From assembly GCA_963806535.1 (NCBI GenBank), contig CAWDYC010000001.1, positions 1 through 29,912 on the forward strand: DNA of 29,912 nt, in the 5' to 3' direction. Both the position numbers and the translations under genes were made by a program. This stretch comes from Candidatus Bathyarchaeota archaeon (GTDB lineage: Archaea; Thermoproteota; Bathyarchaeia; Bathyarchaeales; Bathycorpusculaceae). Below, one piece after another: positions 9,970 to 18,640 of the stretch. The notes under the pieces were generated by a model. That model made no database searches. It had not been told where the DNA came from and saw nothing but the letters and a program-made list of their open reading frames with translations. Every line of letters begins with the position of its first letter. Position 1 is the stretch's first letter.

Positions 9970-10620
9970 TTCGCGATTGGCCACTTTGCCTTGGGATACA
10001 TATTTGGGAAAACTTCATCAAAGCTAGCCAGAGTAAAAGTAAATATGCCTCTTCTGTTTGCTGCCTCAGTACTGCCAGACGTTGATCTGCTGTTTCGTTT
10101 CTTAACGCATAGAGGACCAACACATTCATTCATAACAATAACTGTGTTGATGATTCCGTTTTTCGTTATTTACCGCAAACAAGCCATTCCGTATTATGCA
10201 GCCATGCTCTCCCATATTCTTATAGGCGATTTTTTCACGGGAGGCATCGAGCTTTTCTGGCCGCTCTCTCATAACGTGTTTGGAGCGCTAAACTTTGGGG
10301 TAACCAGCATGCCTATCGCGATAACGGAGCTCATCCTCTTCCTCTTAACCGTGCCATTCATGTACAAGCTGGGTGATCTAAAGACCCTACTAAAACCCAA
10401 CAACGAAAGCTGGGCTCTAATAATTCCATTAGGAGCAATCATTGGACCGTTAGCGTCTCTTGGTCGAGGCCAAGAAAGTGCTCTTCCAACCCTTCTTGTG
10501 ATTCCAAGCCTATTCTACATTGGCATGTTCACATATTCCTTGTATGTTTGGCTGAAATGGAGACGCATAAACACTCAAGCTGTGCCTAAACCTAACAATG
10601 TCGAGATACCGTCTAATTGA
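9967..10620 (+). CDS. Membrane-bound metal-dependent hydrolase (YdjM/DUF457-like)
   Basis: SVLPDVD, HRGPTHS, SHILIGD, LFWPL. The expected N-terminal GH motif (FAIGHFALGY) lies upstream of the ORF-track start 9991, so the start is placed at 9967. Confidence 0.85.
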   Translation, partial: TFAIGHFALGYIFGKTSSKLARVKVNMPLLFAASVLPDVDLLFRFLTHRGPTHSFITITVLMIPFFVIYRKQAIPYYAAMLSHILIGDFFTGGIELFWPLSHNVFGALNFGVTSMPIAITELILFLLTVPFMYKLGDLKTLLKPNNESWALIIPLGAIIGPLASLGRGQESALPTLLVIPSLFYIGMFTYSLYVWLKWRRINTQAVPKPNNVEIPSN

Positions 10621-10640
10621 TTTCTGAATAAAATATGCAG

Positions 10641-10695
10641 AGTTAACTTTAGGTGCTCGTCAATCCAAATTATTGGAGAAAAGATGACGGCACAA
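10641..10695. repeat. Conserved ~55-nt hairpin element, copy 1
   Basis: AGTTAACTTTAGGTGCTCGTCA-ATCCAAATTATTGGAGAAAAGA-TGACGGCACAA. Stem GTGC(T)CGTCA pairs with TGACGGCAC. Confidence 0.85.
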
Positions 10696-10722
10696 AAAAA
10701 GAAAAAATTTCTGATTATTTGT

Positions 10723-10998
10723 TTATGTCGGCCGTGTTTTATCTTCTGTTTGAGGTTCTGCAGTGATTTCTTCGATTGGTTTAGGCGCCGGCGTACTTGC
10801 CATCGTATAGCCAATCCAAGCACCAATGCCCAATATAGCGATAAATGCAAAGGAAACCAGAATCAAAACTGCATCCAACCTAACACTAGCTGCATTGAGG
10901 CTAAATAGACCTGGATCAACCACCAAAACAAGAAAACCAACAACCACAACAACACAAACAACCAAAATAGCCCCACCAATCACCTGATCCTTACCCAT
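10723..10998 (-). CDS. Small two-TM archaeal membrane protein, copy 1
   Basis: MGKDQVIGG...ILGIGAWIGYTMASTPAPKPIEEI. GGTGGTGA RBS before ATG 10998. Paralog of 12229..12504. Confidence 0.85.
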   Translation of the reverse strand: MGKDQVIGGAILVVCVVVVVGFLVLVVDPGLFSLNAASVRLDAVLILVSFAFIAILGIGAWIGYTMASTPAPKPIEEITAEPQTEDKTRPT

Positions 10999-11140
10999 AA
11001 ACTCTCTCACCACCCACATCCAGTTAATAGTTCAAAATATTTTTCAATAAAACAACTTTCAAGTTAATAACATTTATGAACAAATTTTTTTCTTTGTGTT
11101 TTGGGTTGCTTTTTTGGTTTGGGGTTGGTTTTGTTTGCAG

Positions 11141-11229
11141 GTTGAGTCACCAAAAGTCATGGAAAGTCATCATAAGTCACTAAAAGTCACCTAAAGTCAC
11201 TAAAAGTCATTACGCGTCACAAAAGGCAT
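11141..11229. repeat. Tandem array of 10-bp units with GTCAY core
   Basis: Eight consecutive 10-mers end in GTCAC/GTCAT (11141-11220), plus a degenerate ninth. Consensus NNAAAGTCAY. Confidence 0.9.
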
Positions 11230-11447
11230 CCGTTGTCGATAAGTTAAGACTTAGTTTCAAAATGATTTTGCTGAAGAAAAATCGTAAATGTATTTGCCCA
11301 ATTCAAGACAAACTTTTACGGGTACCTTGTCAATGCTTTATCAGGGATAAAAATTTAAAACCTATAGCTGCAAGAACGGGAGGAAAAAGAAGAAAAATAG
11401 GGCAACTTGCTTTGGCACTTTCCGTCAACTAAAATCAGAGTTTTTTT

Positions 11448-11708
11448 CTAATTTTTCTTGTAAACTTTCTTCCTATGCTCAGCATCATAAAGCATTATTG
11501 TTTTCTCATCTTCGTCTATAAAATAGATAATTCTGTAATCTCCGATTCTAAGAGACCACTTACCTAAAAGGCCTGCACGCAAAGGTTTTCCAATGCAGGG
11601 ATTGGTTTCAAGCAGTTTTATCGTTGCATCTAATCTTCTTTTAGTTTGAACGTCAAATGTACGAAAACTTTTTTCAAACGTCCTTGTAACTCGAAGCTTA
11701 AATCTCAC
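11448..11708 (-). CDS. RelE/ParE family type II toxin
   Basis: NPCIGKPLRAGLLGKWSLRIGDYRIIYFID...HRKKVY, a basic 86-aa protein. Confidence 0.92.
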   Translation of the reverse strand: MRFKLRVTRTFEKSFRTFDVQTKRRLDATIKLLETNPCIGKPLRAGLLGKWSLRIGDYRIIYFIDEDEKTIMLYDAEHRKKVYKKN

Positions 11709-11907
11709 CAGTTTCTTTCAGCTCCCCGAGGAATTCAGCGTAGTCCCTAACTCTTCCAGCTTTAACATCTTTTTCAGCCTGATTTAAACATAACATCGCT
11801 TCTTTGTCTTCCAGTATACTGAAAGTTTCAACTACTTCCTCAAGTAAACTGCTAACTTTTACTAGTAAAGCCCTATCTTCATCAGTCAGGAGAACTCCTT
11901 CAGGCAT
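11698..11907 (-). CDS. Putative antitoxin
   Basis: Acidic ~69 aa protein (EEVVETFSILEDKEAM...AEKDVKAGRV, PHD/YefM C-terminus-like). It is upstream of and overlaps the toxin. GGTGTGA RBS precedes ATG 11907. Confidence 0.8.
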   Translation of the reverse strand: MPEGVLLTDEDRALLVKVSSLLEEVVETFSILEDKEAMLCLNQAEKDVKAGRVRDYAEFLGELKETGEI

Positions 11908-12158
11908 CAAATCACACCAAACTATTACTTCGCAACTTTCATATTTTAACATATTCATCTCTTCCCCGTCAAAAGTAATTTTTACAAGAGATGTTAACGC
12001 GAAAGCTAGCGACTTTAGTTGGGAAGAGTGTCAACAAGGCCATTAATATAAGTCCATTGGGCATGTGGCTTTCATGATGCATCCTCAAAGGTTGGGTTCT
12101 CCTCTTAAAAAGTTAAATTATGTTAATTCTTTTAATGAATTATTCAGTAGGCGAATAT

Positions 12159-12212
12159 AGTCAAGTTCAGGTACTCGCCAAACCCAGCTAGAGGAGAATG
12201 ATGGCGGAACAA
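12159..12212. repeat. Conserved ~55-nt hairpin element, copy 2 (divergent)
   Basis: AGTCAAGTTCAGGTACTCGCCA-AACCCAGCTAGAGGAGAATGA-TGGCGGAACAA. CGCCA/TGGCG replaces CGTCA/TGACG. Confidence 0.8.
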
Positions 12213-12228
12213 AAAAAGAATGGTTTGT

Positions 12229-12504
12229 TTATGTGGGCGGGGTTTTATTTTCTGTTTCTGGTTCTGCTGTGATTTCTTCGATTGGTTTTGGCGGCGGCGT
12301 CGATGCCATAGTATAGCCTATCCAAGCACCAATTCCTAGAATAGCGATAAATGCTGCCGAAACCAAAATCAAAACTGCATCTAACCTAGCTTGGGCCGCA
12401 TTGAGGTTAAATAGACCTGGATCAACCACTAAGACGAGGTAGCCTGCAACGACGATAACGCAAACAGCCAGAATAGCTCCACCGATTGCTTGATCTTTAC
12501 CCAT
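12229..12504 (-). CDS. Small two-TM archaeal membrane protein, copy 2
   Basis: MGKDQAIGG...ILGIGAWIGYTMASTPPPKPIEEI. Same length as copy 1. Confidence 0.85.
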   Translation of the reverse strand: MGKDQAIGGAILAVCVIVVAGYLVLVVDPGLFNLNAAQARLDAVLILVSAAFIAILGIGAWIGYTMASTPPPKPIEEITAEPETENKTPPT

Positions 12505-12814
12505 GAGTTCTCTCACCACCCTCATCCATCATTTGTTTCAAATCTTTCCCCAAGAATCATTAATCCAATCTCGCCTAGAAAAAGATGAATCCAGAATAGC
12601 TTATAAACAATATTTCTAAAAAGTAACATCTCAAAATTTATCTTTCAAAAAGAAATCTATCTTAAAAAGTTCTTTTGCGTGTTGTTAATTTGAATTGTTT
12701 TTTCTAATGTGGGTTCTCGCGGTGTTTTTGTGTTCTACAAATGTTCAGTTCTTTCAATCAAAATAAATGTTTATTAATACTCAATACTTACGACATACAG
12801 CAGGGCAGAATATC

Positions 12815-13264
12815 ATGAAATCTCAGAAACTCTCCAAAGTAGGAACAATCGCACTTGTAATAGCCGCAATAGCACTAATCGCAACAACCGCAGCAGTACT
12901 TACATCAACTCAAACCGTTCCCCTAAACGGATCAATAACCGCAGTAAACGTAGGCGTATACTCAGACAGCGGCTGCACACAAACCGTCACATCCCTAACA
13001 GTTGGAACCCTAAACCCAGGAGGAACAGCCACACAAACAGTATACATCAAAAACATAGGAAACGTACCAGAAACACTAACCATGGCAGCAAGCAGCTGGA
13101 ACCCATCCAACGCCACCTTATCACTGACATTAACGTGGAACCAACAAAACACAATCTTACCAGCAGGAAACTCAGTCCCAGCAGTATTAACCTTGACAGC
13201 AGCATCAAACTGCGGATCCATGACAACTTTCAGTTGCAGCGTAACAATCACAGGCACCCAATAA
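12815..13264 (+). CDS. Small exported beta-rich protein, candidate fibre subunit
   Basis: Basic N-terminus and hydrophobic helix ending ATTAA, then a Thr/Ser/Asn-rich domain (VGVYSDSGCT...GTLNPG...VYIKNIGN...LTLTW...TITGT). Confidence 0.8.
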   Translation: MKSQKLSKVGTIALVIAAIALIATTAAVLTSTQTVPLNGSITAVNVGVYSDSGCTQTVTSLTVGTLNPGGTATQTVYIKNIGNVPETLTMAASSWNPSNATLSLTLTWNQQNTILPAGNSVPAVLTLTAASNCGSMTTFSCSVTITGTQ

Positions 13265-13310
13265 ACAATTTCCATTTACCGGGGCTGTTCTGAGCGAAAG
13301 ACAAATGCGT

Positions 13311-13364
13311 AGTCAACTTTAGGTGCTCGTCACCCCCGATTAGTGGAGAACGATGACGGCACAA
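13311..13364. repeat. Conserved ~55-nt hairpin element, copy 3
   Basis: AGTCAACTTTAGGTGCTCGTCA-CCCCCGATTAGTGGAGAACGA-TGACGGCACAA. Confidence 0.85.
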
Positions 13365-13412
13365 TTTTTTTTAATTATTCGAAAGAATTTTTGAAATATA
13401 AACAATATGAAT

Positions 13413-14012
13413 TTATTGGGTTTTGGTTAGATTCAATTGAAGATTTACGTAACGATCGTTAAATTCAATGGATCCTGTCTGGTCATTGAAGAGCCATAAT
13501 TCAAAGAATAGTTGATACGGGAATTTGGTGCTGTTTGAATTCCATATGGCGGACTTGTCCACGTTTAATGTTACGTCGTTTATTTGTAGGGTGTTTATTT
13601 GTGAAGTAGTTGGGGAGATTGTGGCGTCGGTGACTTTAAAGCTCAAGAGCTGTTGCCAAACGGTGTTGTCTTTGATGGAGAATCGGTATTCGTAGATGGG
13701 TTGAAGGGGACTTGGGATTCCAAGGGTTGCGTTCGGTAATTGATCAGTGGCATTGGCAAGCTTCACGTATAACACATAGTAGGCTGAAGAGCCCAAATGG
13801 TTTCCAACATTTACGTAGACAGAGTAGTTCTGGCCCACCGCGATGTTGGAGGGGTAATTTTGAGCCATCTGCTCCGGACCCAACAGATAAAGCTCAGAAA
13901 ACGCCTCGCCTGCAGGAGCACGAATAGCCCCAGCAATCGCAGGAGATGCAATAAGCAAAACACCAATTAAACCCACAGCAACAAAAACAAGTTTGTAATC
14001 TCCAAGCTTCAT
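13413..14012 (-). CDS. DUF1616 domain protein
   Basis: N-terminal TM, then EAFSELYLLGP..MAQNYP...VYVNVGNHLG...Y.LYVKL and LFFELW. Confidence 0.8.
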   Translation of the reverse strand: MKLGDYKLVFVAVGLIGVLLIASPAIAGAIRAPAGEAFSELYLLGPEQMAQNYPSNIAVGQNYSVYVNVGNHLGSSAYYVLYVKLANATDQLPNATLGIPSPLQPIYEYRFSIKDNTVWQQLLSFKVTDATISPTTSQINTLQINDVTLNVDKSAIWNSNSTKFPYQLFFELWLFNDQTGSIEFNDRYVNLQLNLTKTQ

Positions 14013-14536
14013 TCGCCAACCAACTCCGGTTTTGCTTCAGACAAATTCTTAATGTAATTACGTTTGAAACGGCGCCAAACCATAAACAAAACCAAAACAA
14101 ACACGATGGAGCCAATTACTGTGAATGCGATGGTTGCATAGAAGGCGTTTTGTGTGTTAACTGTGGCAGTTTGTTTGGCACTTTGAGCGGCGTATGTGAC
14201 CTGTTGTGCCATTGGCAGAACGCTGTCTGCTTGGATCCCGGCTTTGTTTAAATCTCCGGCGCGGTAAGAGTTTTCTGCCTGAGCCAAAACGCCATCAGCA
14301 TAACTTAACTGAGACAACAAATCAGTAACCTTTGCACCCGCTTTTTCAGCATCCAAAACAGCGCTAAAAGCCTGGTCAACTGCTGTGTTGGCTGCCTGCA
14401 GCTTTGAGGTAGTTTGGTCGATTTGGGCAGTCACCTGGTTGACGCTTAGAAAATACATGCTCAGCACTAATATGGAAAGTAAAATGATGCTTGACAACTT
14501 GCAACGGGAATTCGTTCCTATTTTATCCAAATTCAT
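14009..14536 (-). CDS. Exported Ala/Gln-rich helical protein with C-terminal TM anchor
   Basis: Signal-like N-terminus, helical core (AVLDAEKAGAKVTDLLSQL), then a TM and WRRFKR. Its stop overlaps the DUF1616 start (ATGA). Confidence 0.8.
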   Translation of the reverse strand: MNLDKIGTNSRCKLSSIILLSILVLSMYFLSVNQVTAQIDQTTSKLQAANTAVDQAFSAVLDAEKAGAKVTDLLSQLSYADGVLAQAENSYRAGDLNKAGIQADSVLPMAQQVTYAAQSAKQTATVNTQNAFYATIAFTVIGSIVFVLVLFMVWRRFKRNYIKNLSEAKPELVGE

Positions 14537-15005
14537 TATTCACCCTTTCTTGGCGATAACTTCTTTATTTTTTCTTGTTATTAAGCAGATATATCGAAAA
14601 TCGTAATATATACAAAACCTTAATGGAGCTAGAAAGCACCACAATATTATAAATCGGGAGAAGGTTTTATCTTTAAAACAATTTTAGAGACGTCACAATC
14701 GAATGCCTTCCTGAGGGAACTCTTATCTTTTTTTAGAAGCACGTCAGAGACTTTTCCGTTTGTAAATCTGCGTGAATTGTTCAATTTTTGCGATCAACCT
14801 ACATAGTTTATTTTGTTGCTGTTTAAAAAGTAGTTAAACGAATTCATTAGTCAATTAAATTGTTCGACTGTTATTTTAGCAGATTAGACAAAGTATTCTG
14901 ATGTTTACGACTGGCGGAATACAAGATCTTCGATTCTTTCTTGGATAGAACTAATCTAGAGCAATGAGAAGATATTTTACAAAAAAGGAAGGAACGGCGA
15001 TGAAC

Positions 15006-16758
15006 CTAGCTGCCAGTTGCTGTAATAGTCGTGCTGAAACCGAAACTTGACATTGCAGGGGTACTTGACGAGACAACCAAAGTCAGTGTAATTTTCAACG
15101 TAGCTCCAGGACTAAGCGCCTGATTTGAGTAATCCCAATTAAGAGTCAAGTAAGATGAAAGAGACGAAGGACTAAAGTTCGACAATCCTTTTGAAAGAGT
15201 CACAGCAGTGTTGCCCTGATTTTGAACATATACAACCAAAGTCGAAGTCGCACCTGGAGACAAATTTCCCCAATTGAAAGAAGACAGAGTTGCAGTACAA
15301 CCTTGATCGCTATAGATGCCTATTAATGATTGAGGCGATGGAGTTGGCGAAGCCGTTGGAGTTGGAGACGGAGTAACAGTTGGCTTTGGCGAAGGAGATG
15401 CCGTTGGAGTTGGAGACGGAGTAACAGTTGGCTTTGGCGAAGGAGATGCCGTTGGAGTTGGAGACGGAGTAACAGTTGGCTTTGGCGAAGGAGATGCCGT
15501 TGGAGTTGGAGACGGAGTAACAGTTGGCTTTGGCGAAGGAGAAGCCGTTGGAGTTGGAGACGGAGTAACAGTTGGCTTTGGCGAAGGAGATGCCGTTGGA
15601 GTTGGAGACGGAGTAACAGTTGGCTTTGGCGAAGGAGATTGGCGGATAGCCGTGGCACTTACATTATCCACTTTAAACGTACCAGTTGAACTCACATCAA
15701 AGTGAATCTGTGTTGTAGCAGTACCTGAAGGAATTGGTCCAAAATTCATAGTAGCCAATTTCCAAGTGCGAGAAGACGTCGACAATGCAGGTTCGTTAGA
15801 CATGCTCAGCAAATTCCACGAAGCTCCGAAATAAAAGACATTCGGATAGACCGTCATAGTACTCTTGTAGTAGAATTGCATTGTGTAAGTCTGTCCTACT
15901 TGGGCAGGGATTGATTGCACCATCGTTACGTATCCTGATCCACCTTGCGGAAAACCGGTTACTGTAAACAAACCGCTGTAGATTCCAGAGTAAGCATCGG
16001 TGCTTTGAGCAAGCGACCCAGCGTAACCCTGTGAGTTTGGATCAGAGATCGCTACCGTCCAAGGTGAAGTTCCAGATTCAAAACCTCCATTTTGAAATAT
16101 GTTTACTGATGGTAAAGGTGTTGGGGTGGCAGTGGGAAGTGGAGACGGAGTAACAGTTGGCTTTGAATCAATTGTTGGTGTTGGGCTCGTTAAACTGTTG
16201 TCTACGGCGTATATGCTCATGGCCCCGTCGCTATCGGTTCCCCATATCGTTCCGAACGGGTTTGCGAAACCATTTGCATAATTACTAACAGCATTATGAT
16301 CGCGTTGGCCTGTGCCAACAACTTCCATAACGTTAACTGGGACATCCCCCATTATTGCGAGACCATAAGTTGTACCAGAAGTTACAGTGCATGGTGAGGG
16401 TAGCGTAAAATCAACCCATGAAAAAGTTGTGCTCTATTTTTGCGCACGTTAGATTGTTCAAGCAGAGTAGCCAGCGGAACTTCCGCTGACTGTATATACT
16501 GCGGTTATGCAATTTCCCGAGGAAGCGCCATCAATGTAAGCGACAATATCTGTTATTGAACCAGTTGTTATGGATGTAAAATATGAAACAGACTGAGCAT
16601 TAGCGTCGTTCTGATCGGCCAACTGTTCCGATTGTTGTGTTTCCGAATGCCACTGACCTAACGCTCGCGTTTGTGGTTTGTGACAAAAATAATGAGAACA
16701 TGGAAATTATCATTAATGAAACAATTAGATACTTGTAAGCATCTCTCTTCCTTTTCAA
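15006..16758 (-). CDS. Secreted multidomain surface protein: N-terminal beta domain, CBM4/9-like domain, Pro/Thr/Ser stalk, C-terminal fibre-type domain (about three frameshifts in 16430-16625)
   Basis: TTG 16758 opens [31 protein letters not shown] (signal peptide), which joins via indels to ORF 15006..16352. [15 protein letters not shown]...FKVDNVS is CBM-like. Confidence 0.8.
15352..15639 (-). repeat. Coding tandem repeat, 6 x 48 bp ([16 protein letters not shown])
   Basis: Units start at 15352, 15400, 15448, 15496, 15544 and 15592 and are nearly identical. A degenerate partial copy lies near 16130-16165. Confidence 0.97.
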
Positions 16759-17494
16759 AGCATTTTCCCCTTTGGAATCAAGAGGAAACCCTAACCGACC
16801 CTTAAGTATTAGTGTATATTTGAGTCACAGAAAGACAGCAAAATTTCCAAGAATTGACGTAGTCTTTGAGCAAAACAAGAATAGTTCATAGTGCTTTAAC
16901 TTTAGGAAAAGGGTAAAGTGCATCCAATTGAGAATCCCTTCTTAAGGTTCGTGTGAAAAATTGTATAATCGTTAGTTTGTAAATCTGACTCTCTATGCTT
17001 AACTTCTGTGTTGTCTCAAATCTCAAACGCTTTCGTTTTTCTTTTCTCTCGCCTTTTTTGAAACAAATGTTTCATTCTTAAATTCTGAAACATCTTCAAC
17101 CAAACAAACAGGACATAAAAAATACCCATCTCGATTAGCCTGCAACGGTTCATAAAACCAAGACCCCATGACGACTGCACTTCACTAAATATTCTGGATT
17201 CAAGAAAACATAGCCAAATATTAATAGGTGAATACGTTGACGCAAAGTCAATTTTGGAAGAGACTTAATTATCATTTATTTATTGTTCATTCCGATTCAG
17301 GATAGCCAATGAAGGACCCAACATTAAAGGTAAGTAAAAAACTTTCCTTTAATTTTAATTATCCTTTTTTGACAAATAGTTTAACAGAACATGTCCAGGA
17401 TAAATTTATAAGCGAAATTGTCATTTTGGTTCAAAGTTTATAGCGGGTTTGTATTTGAGCTTGCCTTAACCATAAAAATCTAATTACATTTTGT

Positions 17495-17630
17495 TTCGCA
17501 AGAGTTTTTATTTGCGAAGCTGATTTGACAAACAAGCGAAGCAAAATTAGCAAAGTTTTCATGAGAATTGGCAAATTACGTTGTTTTCGTTCTCAAAAAT
17601 TTTTAAATTCGCTAAATTCGCATATGCGAA
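17495..17630. promoter_or_regulatory. Cluster of TTCGC/GCGAA inverted repeats upstream of the wHTH gene
   Basis: TTCGCAA-N10-TTGCGAA (17495-17518), perfect palindrome TTCGCATATGCGAA (17617-17630), and further GCGAA/GCAAA half-sites between them. Confidence 0.5.
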
Positions 17631-17639
17631 ACGAAAATC

Positions 17640-17988
17640 GTGAGAGGGAAAAAAAATAGTAAAACGATCAGTATTTGAAAAAATATACAGGGAATTGCAA
17701 TCGATTCATTTTCGATTGGATGACCTTGAAAAAAATCTGTCAAATTGGAGTCCGCAGCCTGTAGACATATCTGAGACAAAATTAATTTCTTTGCCGGATA
17801 ACCTGCGAAGAACATACATGTTCGTTGCCTCTAAAGGTGAATGTGACGCAACAGAGGCGTCAAGACTAACGGGACGATGCCGAGCATTAGAAAGCAATTA
17901 CTTAAATCAACTTTCCCGAATGGGCTGGCTAAACAAACGCAAAGTATCAAAAACAACAATCTACTACTTAGCTCAAGAAAAACAATAA
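17640..17988 (+). CDS. Winged-helix transcriptional regulator (probable GTG start, slip in A8 run)
   Basis: LPDNLRRTY...GECDATEASRLTGRCRALESNYLNQLSRMGWLNKRK, with a short coiled-coil N-terminus. Confidence 0.75.
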
Positions 17989-18640
17989 ATAAATTGGCTT
18001 CAAAACCAGTTAGGAATGCAAGTACCTCTGTCGGTCAATTAGAAGATAGTTTCAAAAAGTATTTTGCCGAACCACTAGATTTGTGAGGCATTAAAAAAAA
18101 TCAGCTGAAGAAAAAAGCCACTTCAAGTCTGCGATCTCAACTGATAAGAACTTGACATATTCAAAAGTACCAAAGACAAGAAATCGCCCCAAACCATGGT
18201 GTTTCTTCCATGTGCAACATTAAAATCGTTACGGTTTCCTTCAGGAATTAGCTTTTTGTAAACTTAAAAAGGTGAAATTCTTCACGCGAAATGAATAAGA
18301 TCAAATTCTTGTAACGCAAAGACACTTGGTAACTTTTCTTTCTTTTGATAAGCATAAACACGTTTAGGTGGGCTCCAGAGTGCACTTCATTTTTGGCCGC
18401 AGAATAACTGGAGGCAAAAATTAAACACTAAAAATATTTTTGGAAACTTTTTAATTAGTGTTAAAGTTTGTCTGTTTCTTATTCGTTTTTTCGGCTTCTT
18501 TTATAATGCCCAATAGAAAGTTGAGTTTTATTTTTAGTTTGAGAAGCCGAGTTTTGATTTTGCGAAATTCGATTGTTTGTAAGTTCAGCTTGCGTTCAAG
18601 AGTTATCAATTGTTCGTGTGTTAAGATTTCTGGCGATGAA

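Noticed and set aside
10684-10908. ORFs starting at the GGAG-N-ATG inside the hairpin element (possible type I toxin)
   Set aside because: The downstream peptides of the three copies differ in length and sequence and run antisense into real genes.
11141-11229. CRISPR array
   Set aside because: The units are 10 bp with no spacers, and there are no cas genes.
10641-13364. Hairpin elements as integron attC sites
   Set aside because: A GTTRAC-like box and a bulged base exist on one side, but the complementary RYYYAAC box is missing on the other arm. The nearby recombinase shows no IntI features and is truncated.
10641-13364. Hairpin elements as fluoride riboswitch, SECIS, C/D or H/ACA sRNA, hammerhead or HDV ribozyme
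   Set aside because: Partial words (GATGA, ACA, CTGA) occur, but the required core arrangements could not be built in all three copies.
15323-15689. Arg/Trp-rich and Leu/Gln-rich repeat ORFs
   Set aside because: They are alternative-frame and antisense shadows of the 48-bp Pro/Thr/Ser repeat.
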